A DNA stretch of 60,399 nucleotides, the filler included, from Dugesia japonica (lineage: Eukaryota), in the NCBI GenBank assembly GCA_001938525.1. It is 6 parts of 6 records of this genome, joined end to end, with 100 filler letters (N's around TTAATTAATTAA, not from the genome) between each part and the next. Parts side by side here need not be neighbours in the genome. Positions count along the whole stretch, not along the records: positions 20,129 to 28,484 come from MQRL01619305.1; positions 28,585 to 38,759 come from MQRL01582156.1; 4 more parts are not named here. One strand, written 5' to 3'. The position numbers were made by a program, and so were the translations under genes. Each line of letters starts with the position of its first letter. Within the stretch, counting starts at the first letter, position 1. Shown piece by piece: positions 24,405 through 37,396 of the stretch. The notes under the pieces were generated by a model. The model was not told where the DNA came from. It ran no database searches and worked only from the letters and a program-made list of their open reading frames with translations.

Positions 24405-27362
24405 TTACAAAAGATTTGTTATTTGTTTCTCTAGATTATTATTATTGAGAATCCAATCTATATTGGATTTAGCTTCTTTGAGAACAACATTTCTCGGCCT
24501 ATATTTTTGATTGAATACATGAATAATAAAATTGTAATGACTTCGAGTAGGAATCGCATATTCGACAATGGAATTTGGTAATGGGAAATGCGGAGGATAC
24601 TGGAGTGCGTTGTAAATTATNNNNNNNNNNNNNNNNNNNNNNNNNNNNNNNNNNNNNNNNNNNNNNNNNGTATTATAAATTGATGAAAGTATTAAAAGAT
24701 TTGACAATGATGTTGTTCCACGAAGATAATCAGGAGGAACATTATCAATTATTATATTTGATACATGTGGAAAATCATTTCGTTGACTGTAATTCTTCAA
24801 TATATTATAAGAAATATCAATATTTTTTTCAATTATCCAGGGAACTTTTGAACAACCCATAGCATAATACTTCACATTGATAAAATCCCAACTTTGGAAT
24901 TTTGTACTATTATAGATTGACTGCCACTTTTCACCATTTGCATCCATTTCAATGTATTTACATAGAGCCAAATGCAATAAATCATAATCTGTCATTAGTA
25001 GTTTATTCGAGTTCCAACGATCGATTATTTTATTTGTGATTTCCATACAGTAATGTGATTTTACTTTACATGCAAAATTAAATAAAACTCTTCTCAGACT
25101 GGAATATGTTGAATTCTTTTTATTGAAATTATTTTTAAAATCATTCATCAAACTTTGAAAGGATGGTTTTAAAATTTTTGTTAGATATTTATTCCAAATC
25201 GGATAGAAAGATCTCATTTCAAAGAGTCCATTTAGTTTGTCTAATAAACTAACCGCTGTATACAATGGAATGGGATCTTTTTCATTTTCAAGATACAGAA
25301 ATAACTTCAATAAACTTTTCAAATTGTTTCTCTGATATTTCTTTGATAAATCATAGAAATCCTGCATGATTTGTGCCCGACTCAGTGGTGGAATAAATAA
25401 ATGATTTTTCATCAATTGTTTCGATAGTCTACTGAATAATATGTCATCATAATCAGTAGTAAAAAACGAATTATAATTTAAATTCAATATTAACCAATCA
25501 TTTGAAACATTGAAATTATTTAATTGAAGAATATCAGAATGCATTTCAAGCTTTGAAAATTTAGTCCTAGACAAAAATGTTTGATTTCCAAATATAATAT
25601 AGAGTGGAATATTCCAAACACTAATTTTCGTTTCATCGTATTTGACTTTTGATTTGAAATTTCTAAAATTAATCGATGAATTTTGTTTTAAATTAATCGA
25701 TATATTTTTATAAATACTGACATGTACAATTGGATAGCATGATTGAGTTAACCAGCCATCAATAATATTTTCAATTGGTACTTGATAGTATTTATTTAAA
25801 CTTTCCCAAAGATCATTTGGAGTAACCGAATCGAATTTACTACTATTCAAATAATTAGTTATTGCTAAATCAAAAGAATTTTTTCCTAACAACTTTTCAA
25901 GCATACTTACAATTATGAAACCCTTTTTATAAGAAAGATAATCAAATTTAGCTTCAACATATGATACTATTGGTGCTGCAATTGATGATTTGACCAGTGC
26001 AAAATAATCATCAAAGTTTCTTACATAATTAAAAATCGATAAATGTTCCAAACCGTAAAACACTTCATCATTTAAAACCTCTTGTGCCATAATATATGAA
26101 TAGAATGTTGCAAATCCTTCATTGAGCCATAAATCTTTCCACCAGGCTGTCGTTACCAAATTTCCAAACCACTGGTGAGCAACTTCATGACAAATAATAG
26201 AAACACACAACAGTTTTGAGAATGATAACGGAAACTTTTCATTCCATATTATTACCGGTTCTTCATACGTTATCAAACCATAATGTTCCATACCTAAAAA
26301 TCCTTTTAAGTTTGGAATTGCTAAAGAATCTATTTTTCTTAATGGGAAATCGATTTTCAATTTTTTCTCAAATACATTCAACGTTTTTATTGTTGTATTT
26401 AATGCAAAATGTGCTTTATCAATTTGAGATTTACGCGCCCAAATTCTAAATCGTCTTCCTTTCTGATCAAACTTTTCAATAAATCCGAAATTAACAATTG
26501 CAAACGCTAAATTATAAACTGGCATCATTGGAGATATTTCAAACGAACACGTTCGCCAATTCGATGAATTTCCAAATCTACTGTTGAAACACGATAATTC
26601 AGGCATATTGCTTAACATAGAATATTCTTTGTTTGTTGTTAATGTTAAAATGAATTTCGCTTTAAAACGAGGCTCATCAAAACAAGGAAAAACGGTCCTA
26701 GCTGATTCTGGTTGGAATTGTGTTGCTAATAATTGTTCAGATGTTCCATTATTATTAACATATGTACGTGTTATTATTCCAGATTCTTGATTAGTAAAAT
26801 GGTGACTTTCGAAATTATTAATTTCAATGAAATATTTTTCTCCAGCAGAAATGTTAGTAGTCAAAAATATTTTAACGATATTTATCTGAGAAATATTGAA
26901 TCGTTGTGTAATATTCAATTTCGGTTCAGTCGAATTTGCTTTTGTTACTCGTATTTGTCGAATTGTTAAATTTTCTGATGAATGCAAAGAGATTGTATCA
27001 GTTTTAGAATAAATTAATACAAGTATCGATAAATTTCCATACGCTCGACTATCTGATATTATTTTTAATTGATTGAAATCGAATTTCATTGATAATCGAT
27101 ATTCTAATGGTCGAACAGAATTTGGCAAATAAAATATTGTGTTTTCATTGTCAGTGGTTTTATTTTTCGGTGCTTCAGTAGTTGATTTGATTTTGCTCTG
27201 ATTACATGAACAGCAATTGTTTTCGAATGAATTTTTCAAAATTGAATTTCTGAATTTATCAAATTTCTTGAAATTTTTTGTTTGATTTCGGATGATTTCC
27301 GATTTGACCATTACAAATAGTATTATAGTAAAAATGATAAAAGTAAAATGTTTTGGTATCAT
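24405..27362 (-). CDS. M1-family zinc aminopeptidase (aminopeptidase N-like), apparently intronless
   Basis: N-terminal hydrophobic anchor, ATQFQPESARTVFPCFDEPRFKA, HEVAHQWFGNLVT..WLNEGFA (HExxH-18-E), SYKKG and an ERAP1-C-like tail. One internal N gap. Confidence 0.93.
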   Translation of the reverse strand: MIPKHFTFIIFTIILFVMVKSEIIRNQTKNFKKFDKFRNSILKNSFENNCCSCNQSKIKSTTEAPKNKTTDNENTIFYLPNSVRPLEYRLSMKFDFNQLKIISDSRAYGNLSILVLIYSKTDTISLHSSENLTIRQIRVTKANSTEPKLNITQRFNISQINIVKIFLTTNISAGEKYFIEINNFESHHFTNQESGIITRTYVNNNGTSEQLLATQFQPESARTVFPCFDEPRFKAKFILTLTTNKEYSMLSNMPELSCFNSRFGNSSNWRTCSFEISPMMPVYNLAFAIVNFGFIEKFDQKGRRFRIWARKSQIDKAHFALNTTIKTLNVFEKKLKIDFPLRKIDSLAIPNLKGFLGMEHYGLITYEEPVIIWNEKFPLSFSKLLCVSIICHEVAHQWFGNLVTTAWWKDLWLNEGFATFYSYIMAQEVLNDEVFYGLEHLSIFNYVRNFDDYFALVKSSIAAPIVSYVEAKFDYLSYKKGFIIVSMLEKLLGKNSFDLAITNYLNSSKFDSVTPNDLWESLNKYYQVPIENIIDGWLTQSCYPIVHVSIYKNISINLKQNSSINFRNFKSKVKYDETKISVWNIPLYIIFGNQTFLSRTKFSKLEMHSDILQLNNFNVSNDWLILNLNYNSFFTTDYDDILFSRLSKQLMKNHLFIPPLSRAQIMQDFYDLSKKYQRNNLKSLLKLFLYLENEKDPIPLYTAVSLLDKLNGLFEMRSFYPIWNKYLTKILKPSFQSLMNDFKNNFNKKNSTYSSLRRVLFNFACKVKSHYCMEITNKIIDRWNSNKLLMTDYDLLHLALCKYIEMDANGEKWQSIYNSTKFQSWDFINVKYYAMGCSKVPWIIEKNIDISYNILKNYSQRNDFPHVSNIIIDNVPPDYLRGTTSLSNLLILSSIYNXXXXXXXXXXXXXXXXXIIYNALQYPPHFPLPNSIVEYAIPTRSHYNFIIHVFNQKYRPRNVVLKEAKSNIDWILNNNNLEKQITNLL

Positions 27363-28413
27363 ATTTCAAATTAAAAATTTTCCAATGAAATTAATTCGGT
27401 ATCTCATTTAAAGTAAGTAAAATTTTCAAATGATTCTTGATATAGTTTATAAAATCGTATTGTCGATATATAAACATCCTTTCATACCAGTCAAATGGTA
27501 TTTTTCGATGTTCTTTAAAATTGATTTGAGAAAACTAACTATATTGTTTATTTAAAATTGTAATCAATTTAATCAAACTTCATAATTATCACACAGCAAA
27601 TTTCATATAAGGAGTAAAATTTTTTTCCTGATATATTTTTTATCATAAATATATTCTAAAATTAAGTAAAACAATATTGTCAACAGGAACACTCAAGCAA
27701 TGATAAGAATGGGATTTATCTCCCGCCACGAACTTAACAGAAGTATTTGATTACTTTAATATAAAATAATTTAACAAATGTATTTAAATAATAATAAATA
27801 ATAACTGTTTGGAACTGATAAATAATATTTTACTAGAAATAGCCCGTCACTTCACTTAGCTTCGCTCATTTCGTCATGCTTTTTGTAATTTCTGTTCACT
27901 GGATAAGTAAATTCTTAATTCATGGATCTTTTTTAAATTGTTTACTGTATAATTGATTCTTCATGCTTCCAACAAATGAAATGAGAAAACATTCTAAATT
28001 TCTCATCACACTTTTGATTTTCATGATTTTTATATAAATAAATAGATCTGTACAAGATAAATATTTATTCCACTTATCTTATTTCTATTTTATACTGATC
28101 ATAGTTTTCTTTGAAATTGAAAAAGTAAAAAAATATAAGGAATTATAAAATTGAGTTTTTTCCAAATTCTTTTTCATATTTTATATGCCTCAATAAGACT
28201 GTCATTTAACCATTTACATTACCAGGGTAACTATCATGATTGGATCAAGAAATGTGAAAATATTTGATCTTTTGAAGGATTAAAAATTAACCTTTTATTT
28301 CATATTTTACTACTATTTTGAAAACTAATTTTATTGAGCTAAGGAGTGCTTTTATAATTTGAAAAATTTATTGATAGTCATTTTTCGTTATTCATTTTAA
28401 TTGATATCCAACA

Positions 28414-28415
<2 letters not shown>

Positions 28416-28480
<65 letters not shown>

Positions 28481-28484
28481 ATTA
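28416..28484. repeat. (TTA)n microsatellite
   Basis: Direct reading; runs to the scaffold end. Confidence 0.95.
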
Positions 28485-28584
28485 NNNNNNNNNNNNNNNN
28501 NNNNNNNNNNNNNNNNNNNNNNNNNNNNTTAATTAATTAANNNNNNNNNNNNNNNNNNNNNNNNNNNNNNNNNNNNNNNNNNNN
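28485..28584. other. Artificial scaffold spacer
   Basis: N44-TTAATTAATTAA-N44. Confidence 0.97.
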
Positions 28585-29226
28585 TAGATTTGGTTTTTGT
28601 ATTCCAATGATTAATAAAAATCAGGAATCATTAAAAGAAGCTTATGAAAATATATTTGAAGAAAATAATAGAATTTGAAATTATATTTGATTTGACAAAG
28701 AATCAGCAATTAGATTAAAATACTTTGATAAATTTCTTAAAGAAAATGATAATAAATTATACCATATAGAAAATGAATGTAAATTAGTTTTTGTTGAAAG
28801 ATTTATTAGAATTTATAAACTAAAATGTGGAAATACTCTACATTAGTTGGAAATCAAAAATGGAATAAAACGTTGTTAGATAAAATTGTAAATGATTATA
28901 ATAATACAACTCATTCTTCCATTTTAACAACACCAAATGATGAATCTGGTAATTCAGATAAAATAAAAGAAATAATAAATAAACATAATCACGAAAATGA
29001 TTTTATAAAAGAGAAACAGAAATTTAAATTTGGTTATAGAGTTAGAATATTAAAATATAAATATAAATTTGAAAAAGGTTTTACAGCTAAATGGACAGAT
29101 GAAATATTTGTAATAACCCAAGTTTATAAAACAAAACCTTTTATGGAATTAGTGATTTGGAAAATGAAAAGATTTTGGGTAGATATTAAAGTAATAAACT
29201 TCAGAAAACTGTTTTATAAATTTTAA
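28585..29226 (+). pseudogene. Polinton retroviral-like (c-)integrase
   Basis: FDKESA, VERFIR, YNNTTHSSI, KFKFGYRVRI, FEKGFTAKWTDEIFVI. Confidence 0.85.
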
Positions 29227-30085
29227 ATTAAAATGAGTGAGAATTCTTGTGATTTTATTTTAAAAGGCGTTTTATAAGAGGAATCAATAAAATACTCTAA
29301 AAGAAGAATTTAAAAAAGAATTAAACGAAGAATTTAAACAAACATTTATACATGAATTTAAACAAGAATTAAAAAATACTTATTTCTACAAAACAGAAGA
29401 GGAAGTAGATGAAGAAACTATAGTTTAAACTAATTATTTTAAAATTTTTAATTTTAATAATATGGATCCATATAGTATAGGTATATTAAATCTAGTTGCA
29501 AATAAACTAGGTAATTCTTATATGGATGATGAATATGTACGGGAACATTTAAATGAAAAAAATCATCAACAAAGAGAAAAATTATAAGTTTTGTTGCATG
29601 ATTTAATAACTTCTGATTTTGAAAATAATAAAATTTAATTTTTTATAAATTTTAAATTAATCAAATATAAACATGGGAAATACACAAAGTTCTAAATATT
29701 CAAATGAAAAAGATAAAGAAACAGTTGAAAAAAATAAAGAAGAGCAAATACAAGCTGAAGGTGATCCCAAAGGCCTCTACAAAAGACCTAAAACATTTTG
29801 GAAGTGTGTAACTACTGATACTTCTGAATACATGTTTAAAGAAGAATTAGATGAAATTCAATTTTTTTAATAATATAAATTTTATAAAGATCGATATGCC
29901 TAATTTAGCTATAATAAATATGAGTGTTAGTAATTTAGCTAATGATTATATTTTCAAGTTATACATTTCAAGTTATCCAACGGTTTATAGAAATAAAGTA
30001 CTTGTGAAATAAATCAAGATTAATAAACGTAGTTTTAAGTAATAAACCAAATGAAATTATNNNNNNNNNNNNNNNNNNNNNNNNN

Positions 30086-30420
30086 AAAAAGAATTTAATA
30101 ATTTTTGATAATGTTGTAAATTTAAAAGATCAAGAAATACAAAAAAGTTATTTTACTAGAGGAAGACATGTAAATTGTAATGTAATTTATAATTCTCAAA
30201 TTTTTTTTCATTTAGTTAAAAACTCTATTAGAAATAATTCTAACTGTTTTTTTTAAATTAAATAAAACAGATAAAGATTAGGTTTATTATGATTTATTTA
30301 GTAATATATTTTCTAGTAAAATGAAATATGATTATAATGTAAATTTATATTGGGAAAAAAGTATAATTATTACTATCTAGATGGAGAAGCAGATGTATTA
30401 ACTGAAAATTTATTTAAAGA
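30086..30420 (+). pseudogene. Polinton A32/FtsK-like packaging ATPase, C-terminal remnant
   Basis: KKNLIIFDNV (Walker B-like), SYFTRGRHVNCNVIYNSQ and SIRNNSN. Confidence 0.8.
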
Positions 30421-32603
30421 GGATGATTTTAAATGGAAGAGGTGAAAGAGGAATTAAAAGAAGAATTAAAATAGGTATTAAATTTGGATACTAAACATAA
30501 ATAAGAATATTTTTATTATTTTTTTAAAATAAAATGTCTTCAGTGTCAGCACAAGAATTGATTGATTTGATAAATTTAAATACATTTTATTAGAAATATA
30601 ATTAATTAACTAATTAATTTAAATAATATATGTATTTTATTTGTGTGGCATCATTTGCATCATAAACTCTTCAAAAAATAATTAATATTCCATCTTATGT
30701 TATAATAATAAATGGAAATTATTATATCGCAATTGAACTTATGATAAATGAAATAATAGGTTGAGATTTGATATATATANNNNNNNNNNNNNNNNNNNNN
30801 NNNNNNNNNNNNNNNNNNNNNNNNNNNNNNNNNTAGGTGTTTCAGAATATATTTTGATATTTAATAAATATTCATAATAGATTGGTGTTGTATCCTTGCC
30901 TAACATGGCTACCACGTATGCTCTAATAATCAGACTGGTACCAGGTTTATATGTTTGGAAGAATTGATCCAGAAACCTTCATTTCAGATTGCCAGAGATT
31001 TTTTAACGAAGCAAATATTGACGAAAATTTAAGACGATTAATCATCAAAACAATGATCAAAAGAGAATTGATTCCAATTTTTGAAGCAGTTGAAGTCAAC
31101 ATTAACAGTTTGGAAGATTGAAAAAGCGTTTCAAAGGCCAAGTTCACTTATTAGTGATCTTAAAGAAATCATAGAATACCGAAAAGGATTGACTACTGCA
31201 AAAAAGTATTTTGAAGATGTAAATCGCTAAACGGAAAAATTATTGCAACACAAACAAGTCAAAAATGAACTAACAAAGTATATTTTAATTCATTTCGTTG
31301 ATGAAAAAAAAATTCAGAAAGAAATAAAAATGAGAGAAACAACAGATGTACCAGAATTTGAAAATATTATTAAAAAGATTGATAATATTATGATGGATGA
31401 AGAAGTTGCACCAATAAGACGAGTTACATTTGCAGAAGTGTTCAGAGGTGAGAAGAAATTCGGAGAATATCAAAACAAAAATATGAAACCCGCTCATGTG
31501 AAGGAACATCAAATGCCTAAGAAAATAATATGTTGGACATGCATTTTTGTAGGACATTTTTCATGACAATGTAAAATGGTGCCATTTGTAAGATGCTATG
31601 CTTGTAATGAAGAAGAACATATCTGAAGAAATTGTCATAAATTCAAATGCAAGAATTGTCATTGATCAGGCCATTGGAAAAAACAGTGTTATTTCAAAAA
31701 CTGAATTTCAAAGACATCAATACAGTAATAGATCCAATACAAGAATTCAACGAGAAAATAATGGAAATGATAATCCATATAACTTTTACGCGAACATAGA
31801 AAATAGAAACAGCAATGAAGATTATGGTAAATATCCGCAAAATTCCTTTTTTAAAGAGTACAAGAATTCAGTGGATATCAACAGACAAAGCCAAGAGCAG
31901 TTGTAAATGAGGATTTCTCGGATAATCAAGTAGATACATTCAGATCAAATTACCCAAAAGACGAGGCTCGACCATGCAAAGAGATGATCGGAGCCATGTA
32001 GTAAAATGTGGGATTTATGTTGACACAAATTATTCATATTATAATAGATGTAGTGATAATAAGTATTATATAAGTAAATTTGATAACAAGAATATAAATA
32101 ATAAATTAAATATTTTGATAATGAAAATTTGATGATTATGGATATTGATTTAAATAATGATAAAAATTTTNNNNNNNNNNNNNNNNNNNNNNNNNNNNNN
32201 NNNNNNNNNNNNNNNNNNNNNNNNNAAATGTTATGATTAAAAGTAATGATTTAAATAATGGTGTAATGTTTAATGATAGTAAGTTTTGCCGTCAAAAATT
32301 CATTAAAATGAATTATTTTGACAAAGTAAATTTTATGATAAAGAATAAGAACTTAAATATTGATAAAATAAATAAGCCTTGTAGAAATGTTTGTATGGAC
32401 AATAAGCGAAAATCAATAGATAAAAGTATTATGATAGATAAAAATAGAATATTAACTTCGTATTTAGAAATGATAGACAAAAGTATTGAAAGAAATAGTG
32501 ATGAGATATTTGAAGAAAATTATATGATTTTAGAAAATTTTGATAACTGGAATGGTCCTTTAAAAATTAAAAAGAATATAAATACAAATGTTCCTGTAAT
32601 AAC

Positions 32604-32819
32604 TATTAGCAAGAAAAACACTATCTTCATCCAACATTTATTTATGCCAAAGTTTATATATATTAAAAAACTTAATTAGAATAGTTTTAATATTCAAACA
32701 AATATACGCAATACATATTTTAAATATTTTCTTGAAATATTTTAAATTTTAAAAACTTTATAAATATTTTAATTGCGCATTTACATTTGAAATCAAACCA
32801 TTCAAATATCATTCTCACA
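32604..32819 (-). repeat. 3' LTR of Gypsy B
   Basis: Direct repeat of 37197-37396. Begins TGTGA on the minus strand, preceded by purine-rich AAAGTGGA just after the integrase stop. Confidence 0.88.
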
Positions 32820-35800
32820 TCCACTTTATTTAAGAAATCTTCTGATCTTTTCAAAATTTCTTTCCATTGTCCGACCCAGATCATCTCGAATCAGATATCT
32901 TCGGTCATGTGTCTTTTTTACTACTAAGAATGGACCATTAAAACTATCCTGATCCTTATTTCTTGTTTCTTCCTCGATAAGCAATAAATCTTCAATAGCG
33001 AATGTTCTCCTGGTTGAGTCCGTAACCTTCGATATATTGTCTACCTTCTCGCACTCTAATTGTCTTGGTGGAAACCATCTTTCTCTGCTGATGTTTCTAC
33101 CAAACACCGTTTCTGCTNGACTTTTACCTGTTGTTTTCTGAACTGTCACATTCATCGCAAATTTTATCTCTGGAAGAATTTCTGCCCAATTCTTTTTATT
33201 ACTGTCTGCTATTGATGCTCCAATCTAGTCTCTGATAGTCCGAAACTATCTTTCTACTGTCCATTTGTATTATGGTGATAAGGACTTGAAAAACATAGCT
33301 TAATATTCATCTCATCGGAACGTTTCTTCATTATTTGTAATTCAAATACCTTAACACAATCTGTATGAATATATCTCGGAGCTCCTACCTTTAATATCCA
33401 GTTATCTTTTGATACACGAGTTATTGACTCATTTTGTTTTGCTGTTGCTATGAATTGTAGAAAATTTTGTATGGACAATAAGCGAAAATTAATAGATAAA
33501 AGTGTTATGATAGATAAAAATAGAATATTAACTGGATATTAACGGAATTAGAAATGATGGACAAAAGTATTGAAAGAAATTGTGATGAAATATTTGAGGA
33601 AAATTATGAGATTTTAGAAAATTTTGATAACTGGAATGGTCCTTTAAAAATAAAAAGAATGATATATCTTTACTATTTTGATCGATTATAGCCACGATAT
33701 ATTTTTTTTTGGAAGGTTTCTGGCCATGGTTTTGCTATATCAATATATTCTCTCAAACGACTTCGCCAACTTGGATTTTATAGTTTCTTCTTTAGTTTTA
33801 GTTGTTACCACCTTCACACGCCGACATGCTTTGCATCTGTCCACGATTCCATTTCCACTTCTCCACAACCTTGTCATGTCATAATGTTCTCTAATATATT
33901 TGGCACCTTTTTCTGTTCCTGCATGTGCTGGCAACTGATGCATTTCTCTGATCATATCTGATTTTCTATCTGCTGATATCCAAATCGTTTCGTTTTGTGT
34001 TAATATCTGACCATATATGCATTGAAATCTCTATTCTTGACCATCTTTGATCTGTTCTGGTATTATTCGTATTTCTTCATTATCTCTTTGCTATTTTGAT
34101 GTCTCCGTTATTGTTTTCAGTCGTCTCTTTTTTAACTTGCCCCCTATAGGATATTTGTGTAACATCATACATTGTACACATGTGCTACATGCTTGCCTTG
34201 AGAAAAAATCTGCATTGCCATGTTTGTCGCCTTTCCTATACTGTAAATCAATGTCTAATCCAATTAGGTAATTGATCCAATTTTGAAACTGTGCCGTTAT
34301 AGGTTTTTTCGTAGTTAACATAAACGTAATTGCTTTATGGTCTGTTCATAGAGTGAATCTTCGCCATTATAAGTAGTGACGTAAATGGTTGCAAAAGTAG
34401 AATATCNCCAACAGCTCCTTTCCTGTTATACAATATCCCAATTCGTGGTTATTCATTGCGTGTGATTCATACCCTATTACTTTTTCTTGTCCATTGTTGT
34501 CAATCTGTGATAATACGATACCAATAGTATTTTAGCTTAGATCTGTATACAGTATGAATTCTCTTCTGACATCCGGAAACACTAAACTTGGTGGCTTCGT
34601 TAACGCTTCTTTCATATCTCTGAATGATTGTTCGCAGCTCTCTGTCCATAATAACTTATAATTTACACTGCATAGTTTTTCTAGTTCTCTAGTTTTCTTT
34701 GTGTAATCCTTTATGAATCTTTTGTAATAGCAACATATTCCCAAGGTACTCCTCAATCTTTTAACGCATTTTGGTTTTTTGTATGTCTGTATTGCAACCA
34801 ATTTTACTGGATTGGTCTGAACTCCTTTATCACTTNNNNNNNNNNNNNNNNNTTTCATCTCTTTTCTTCGCAATTGACATTTTTACGGACTCAAACTTAG
34901 TCCCGCTTGATGTATTTTACTAAATACTTCATCCAGTGTTTTGTAATGCTCTTCTAAGTTTTCTGAATATATTAGAATATCGTCTAAATACACATTTGTT
35001 TCTTTTGTTGTACCTAAAACCTCTGTCATGAGTTCCTGGAATGTGCCAAGCTATGACAAACGGCATTCTATTGAAGCAGTATTAAACTGACTTTGTTGAA
35101 AAGGCTGTTTTATCTTTTGACTCCTCTTCTAGCTCAACTTGATAGTTTGCATTACCTAAATATAATAAACTGAAGAATTGTGAGCCGCCTAATTTATCCA
35201 GAATCTCTTCTACATTTGGCATTGGAAATGCTTGCTTTCCGTAANAGCGTTCAGCTGTCGAAAATCGAGACAGAGACGAATGTTTTTCTTTTCTTTTTTC
35301 CGGATACATATCAACGGGGTTTTCCATGTTGAATTGCACCTTCGTATAATTCCATTTTCAAAAAAATTACGTACTCCTTTGTTTATCTTATCTTCTAGGT
35401 TCATATGTGTTCTCCCTGGCTTAACATTTATAGGTCCTCCTTTTGTTACTGTTTTATGCTTCGCCAGTTTTGTGCATACTATGTCCCATTTATTTCCCAT
35501 AAAGATATTTGAATGTTTTCTTATCAACTCCTTGATCGTGTCACTCAAAGCTTTTGACATCTTTCTTCATCTGTATTAAACCTTCCAAAATGCGGCTCGA
35601 TGTTTATCTTTTTCTCCAGTATATATAATGTAATTCTTATCCAAAACTAGTATGCAACTCAATGCCACCAATTATGCTAGGGATTAACTTTTCCACATCT
35701 ATGAAATTAACCCATCTAGTCATATTGCCGATCCTCACTTCCACCTCAAATCGCCCTTTGGTACTTAATGAACTGTCGTAAGCGCACCGTAGTATGTCAT

Positions 35801-36123
35801 TGGTTGTAAGTAACGGGATATATTTGAATTTGTTAAGCNNNNNNNNNNNNNNNNNNNNNNNNNNNNNNNNNNNNNNNNNNNNNNNNNNNNNNNNNNNNNN
35901 NNNNNNNNNNNNNNNNNNNNNNNNNNNNNNNNNNNNNNNNNNNNNNNNNNNNNNNNNNNNNNCCCATTCTTCCACTGTTGCGATAGTTGGTTCCACTGAT
36001 GTTTCTTTCTTAATTACTGATATCTCTTTCTTAAAAAATAACAAACTTGTTCTTTCACATCATCTTCTATATTATTGATATGACTTCTTTTACTATAACT
36101 ATCAATATTTTGGGGATTACCCA

Positions 36124-36960
36124 TTAAATTTTGAGTTCTACTGCTCCTACTATCTCCCCTGTTGACGGAGACTCTGCATTTGGGTTTTTCTTTGATTCAA
36201 ATACGTTAGCGTAATATCTGTTGTTACCATATCTAACGTCTTCATATATGTCATTCTCATATTTCTTGTTACTTGTCTCATCATCTTCGACTGCATTGAT
36301 GTTAACATGCCTACCAGAAAATGGGGGCTTTTTTACCTCGTATTTCTTCGTTTCCGAAAGATACTTGTTCCATCTCTTGTACTCTATCATTTTGAAACAG
36401 TCTTTGGTTTTATGACCGTTCTTGTTGCATTTTCCGCACTTTATCTTGTTGCAATGTCTTCTTTTATGCCCTGCATTTCCACATGCGTAGCATGTAAGAG
36501 GCTTTCTGTCTGGGCACTCCTGACTTATGTGTACCAATTTGTGACAGTTCCAACATTCTACTTTCTCTGTTCTGAATTCCCTTCTGGTATTTGGCCGTTT
36601 GTAGATTGATTTCTGTATCCTTGGTACCGATCTTTTTGGTTCCGCGTATAATGTTCTCTTGTAGCTACGCATCACCGTTAATCCTTCTGTCTTTTTCGCG
36701 ATTCTTGAAACTTCTGTGATCATTTCTTTTATTTCTTCCGTTTGGGAAACCTTTTTCATCAGAATCTCTTTTATTGCCTTCTTTTGTGCTGTTGCGTTTA
36801 TCAGGAGTGCTGATATTACTGAATCCTTTGACAGATTATGGTTAAGCAATTTATCTGCCAGTTTTTCTACATCGTGGAAAAAGAACTCATTATCGGTATC
36901 ACCCTGCCTGTAACGAATGAATTCTTCTAGGTCTTCAAAAACGTCTTTTGGTCTTTCCAC
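36124..36960 (-). CDS. Gag of Gypsy B (C-terminal part open)
   Basis: CWNCHKLVHISQEC, CYACGNAGHKRRHC and CGKCNKNGHKTKDC zinc knuckles. Confidence 0.85.
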   Translation of the reverse strand: MERPKDVFEDLEEFIRYRQGDTDNEFFFHDVEKLADKLLNHNLSKDSVISALLINATAQKKAIKEILMKKVSQTEEIKEMITEVSRIAKKTEGLTVMRSYKRTLYAEPKRSVPRIQKSIYKRPNTRREFRTEKVECWNCHKLVHISQECPDRKPLTCYACGNAGHKRRHCNKIKCGKCNKNGHKTKDCFKMIEYKRWNKYLSETKKYEVKKPPFSGRHVNINAVEDDETSNKKYENDIYEDVRYGNNRYYANVFESKKNPNAESPSTGEIVGAVELKI

Positions 36961-37180
36961 CAGTAGTCATAACCTAGCTTCATACCCATTTACTTTGTTC
37001 TCTGATGTTTCATATCTTTCTTCAAGATTCGGGTCAATCAACTTACCGATAACAATTTCTTGTAAATGTTTTGGAATTTTGGCCGCTTGGAAGAATCAAC
37101 CGACGTCCCTCAAGAATCTGTCAAGATTGTCACCTAACTTGAAATGTCTTGGGCGTAACAAATCTGTTAATAAGTTTGAG

Positions 37181-37196
37181 CCTGGCGTGGTCGCCG
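37181..37196 (-). promoter_or_regulatory. Primer-binding site of Gypsy B (probably tRNA-Arg)
   Basis: CGGCGACCACGCCAGG lies directly after the 5' LTR and is a TGG-type PBS with one change. The tRNA identity is inferred. Confidence 0.6.
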
Positions 37197-37396
37197 TATT
37201 AGCAAGAAAAACACTACCTTCATCCAACATTTATTTATGCCAAAGTTTGTATAAATTGTAAAGACTGAATAAGAATAGTTTTAATATTCAAACAAATATC
37301 CGCAATAATTATTTTAATTATTTTCTTGAAATATTTTAAATTTCAAAAACTTTTAAATATTTTAATTGCGCAAATAATTCCAATATTATTTTCACA
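37197..37396 (-). repeat. 5' LTR of Gypsy B
   Basis: Direct repeat of 32604-32819. Confidence 0.88.

Larger units (their letters stand above)
32604..37396 (-). mobile_element. Full-length but decayed Ty3/Gypsy retrotransposon B
   Basis: LTRs at 37197-37396 and 32604-32819 with a 5-bp TSD ATAAC/ATGAC. Order is gag (three knuckles), RT (CLDFRQLN, YLDD), RNase H, then integrase (HHCC region, SSPYHHNTNGQ, GPF). Confidence 0.9.

Noticed and set aside
24575-26969. Short plus-strand ORFs
   Set aside because: They are antisense shadows of the aminopeptidase CDS. The same applies to plus-strand ORFs within Gypsy B and to 4792-5001.
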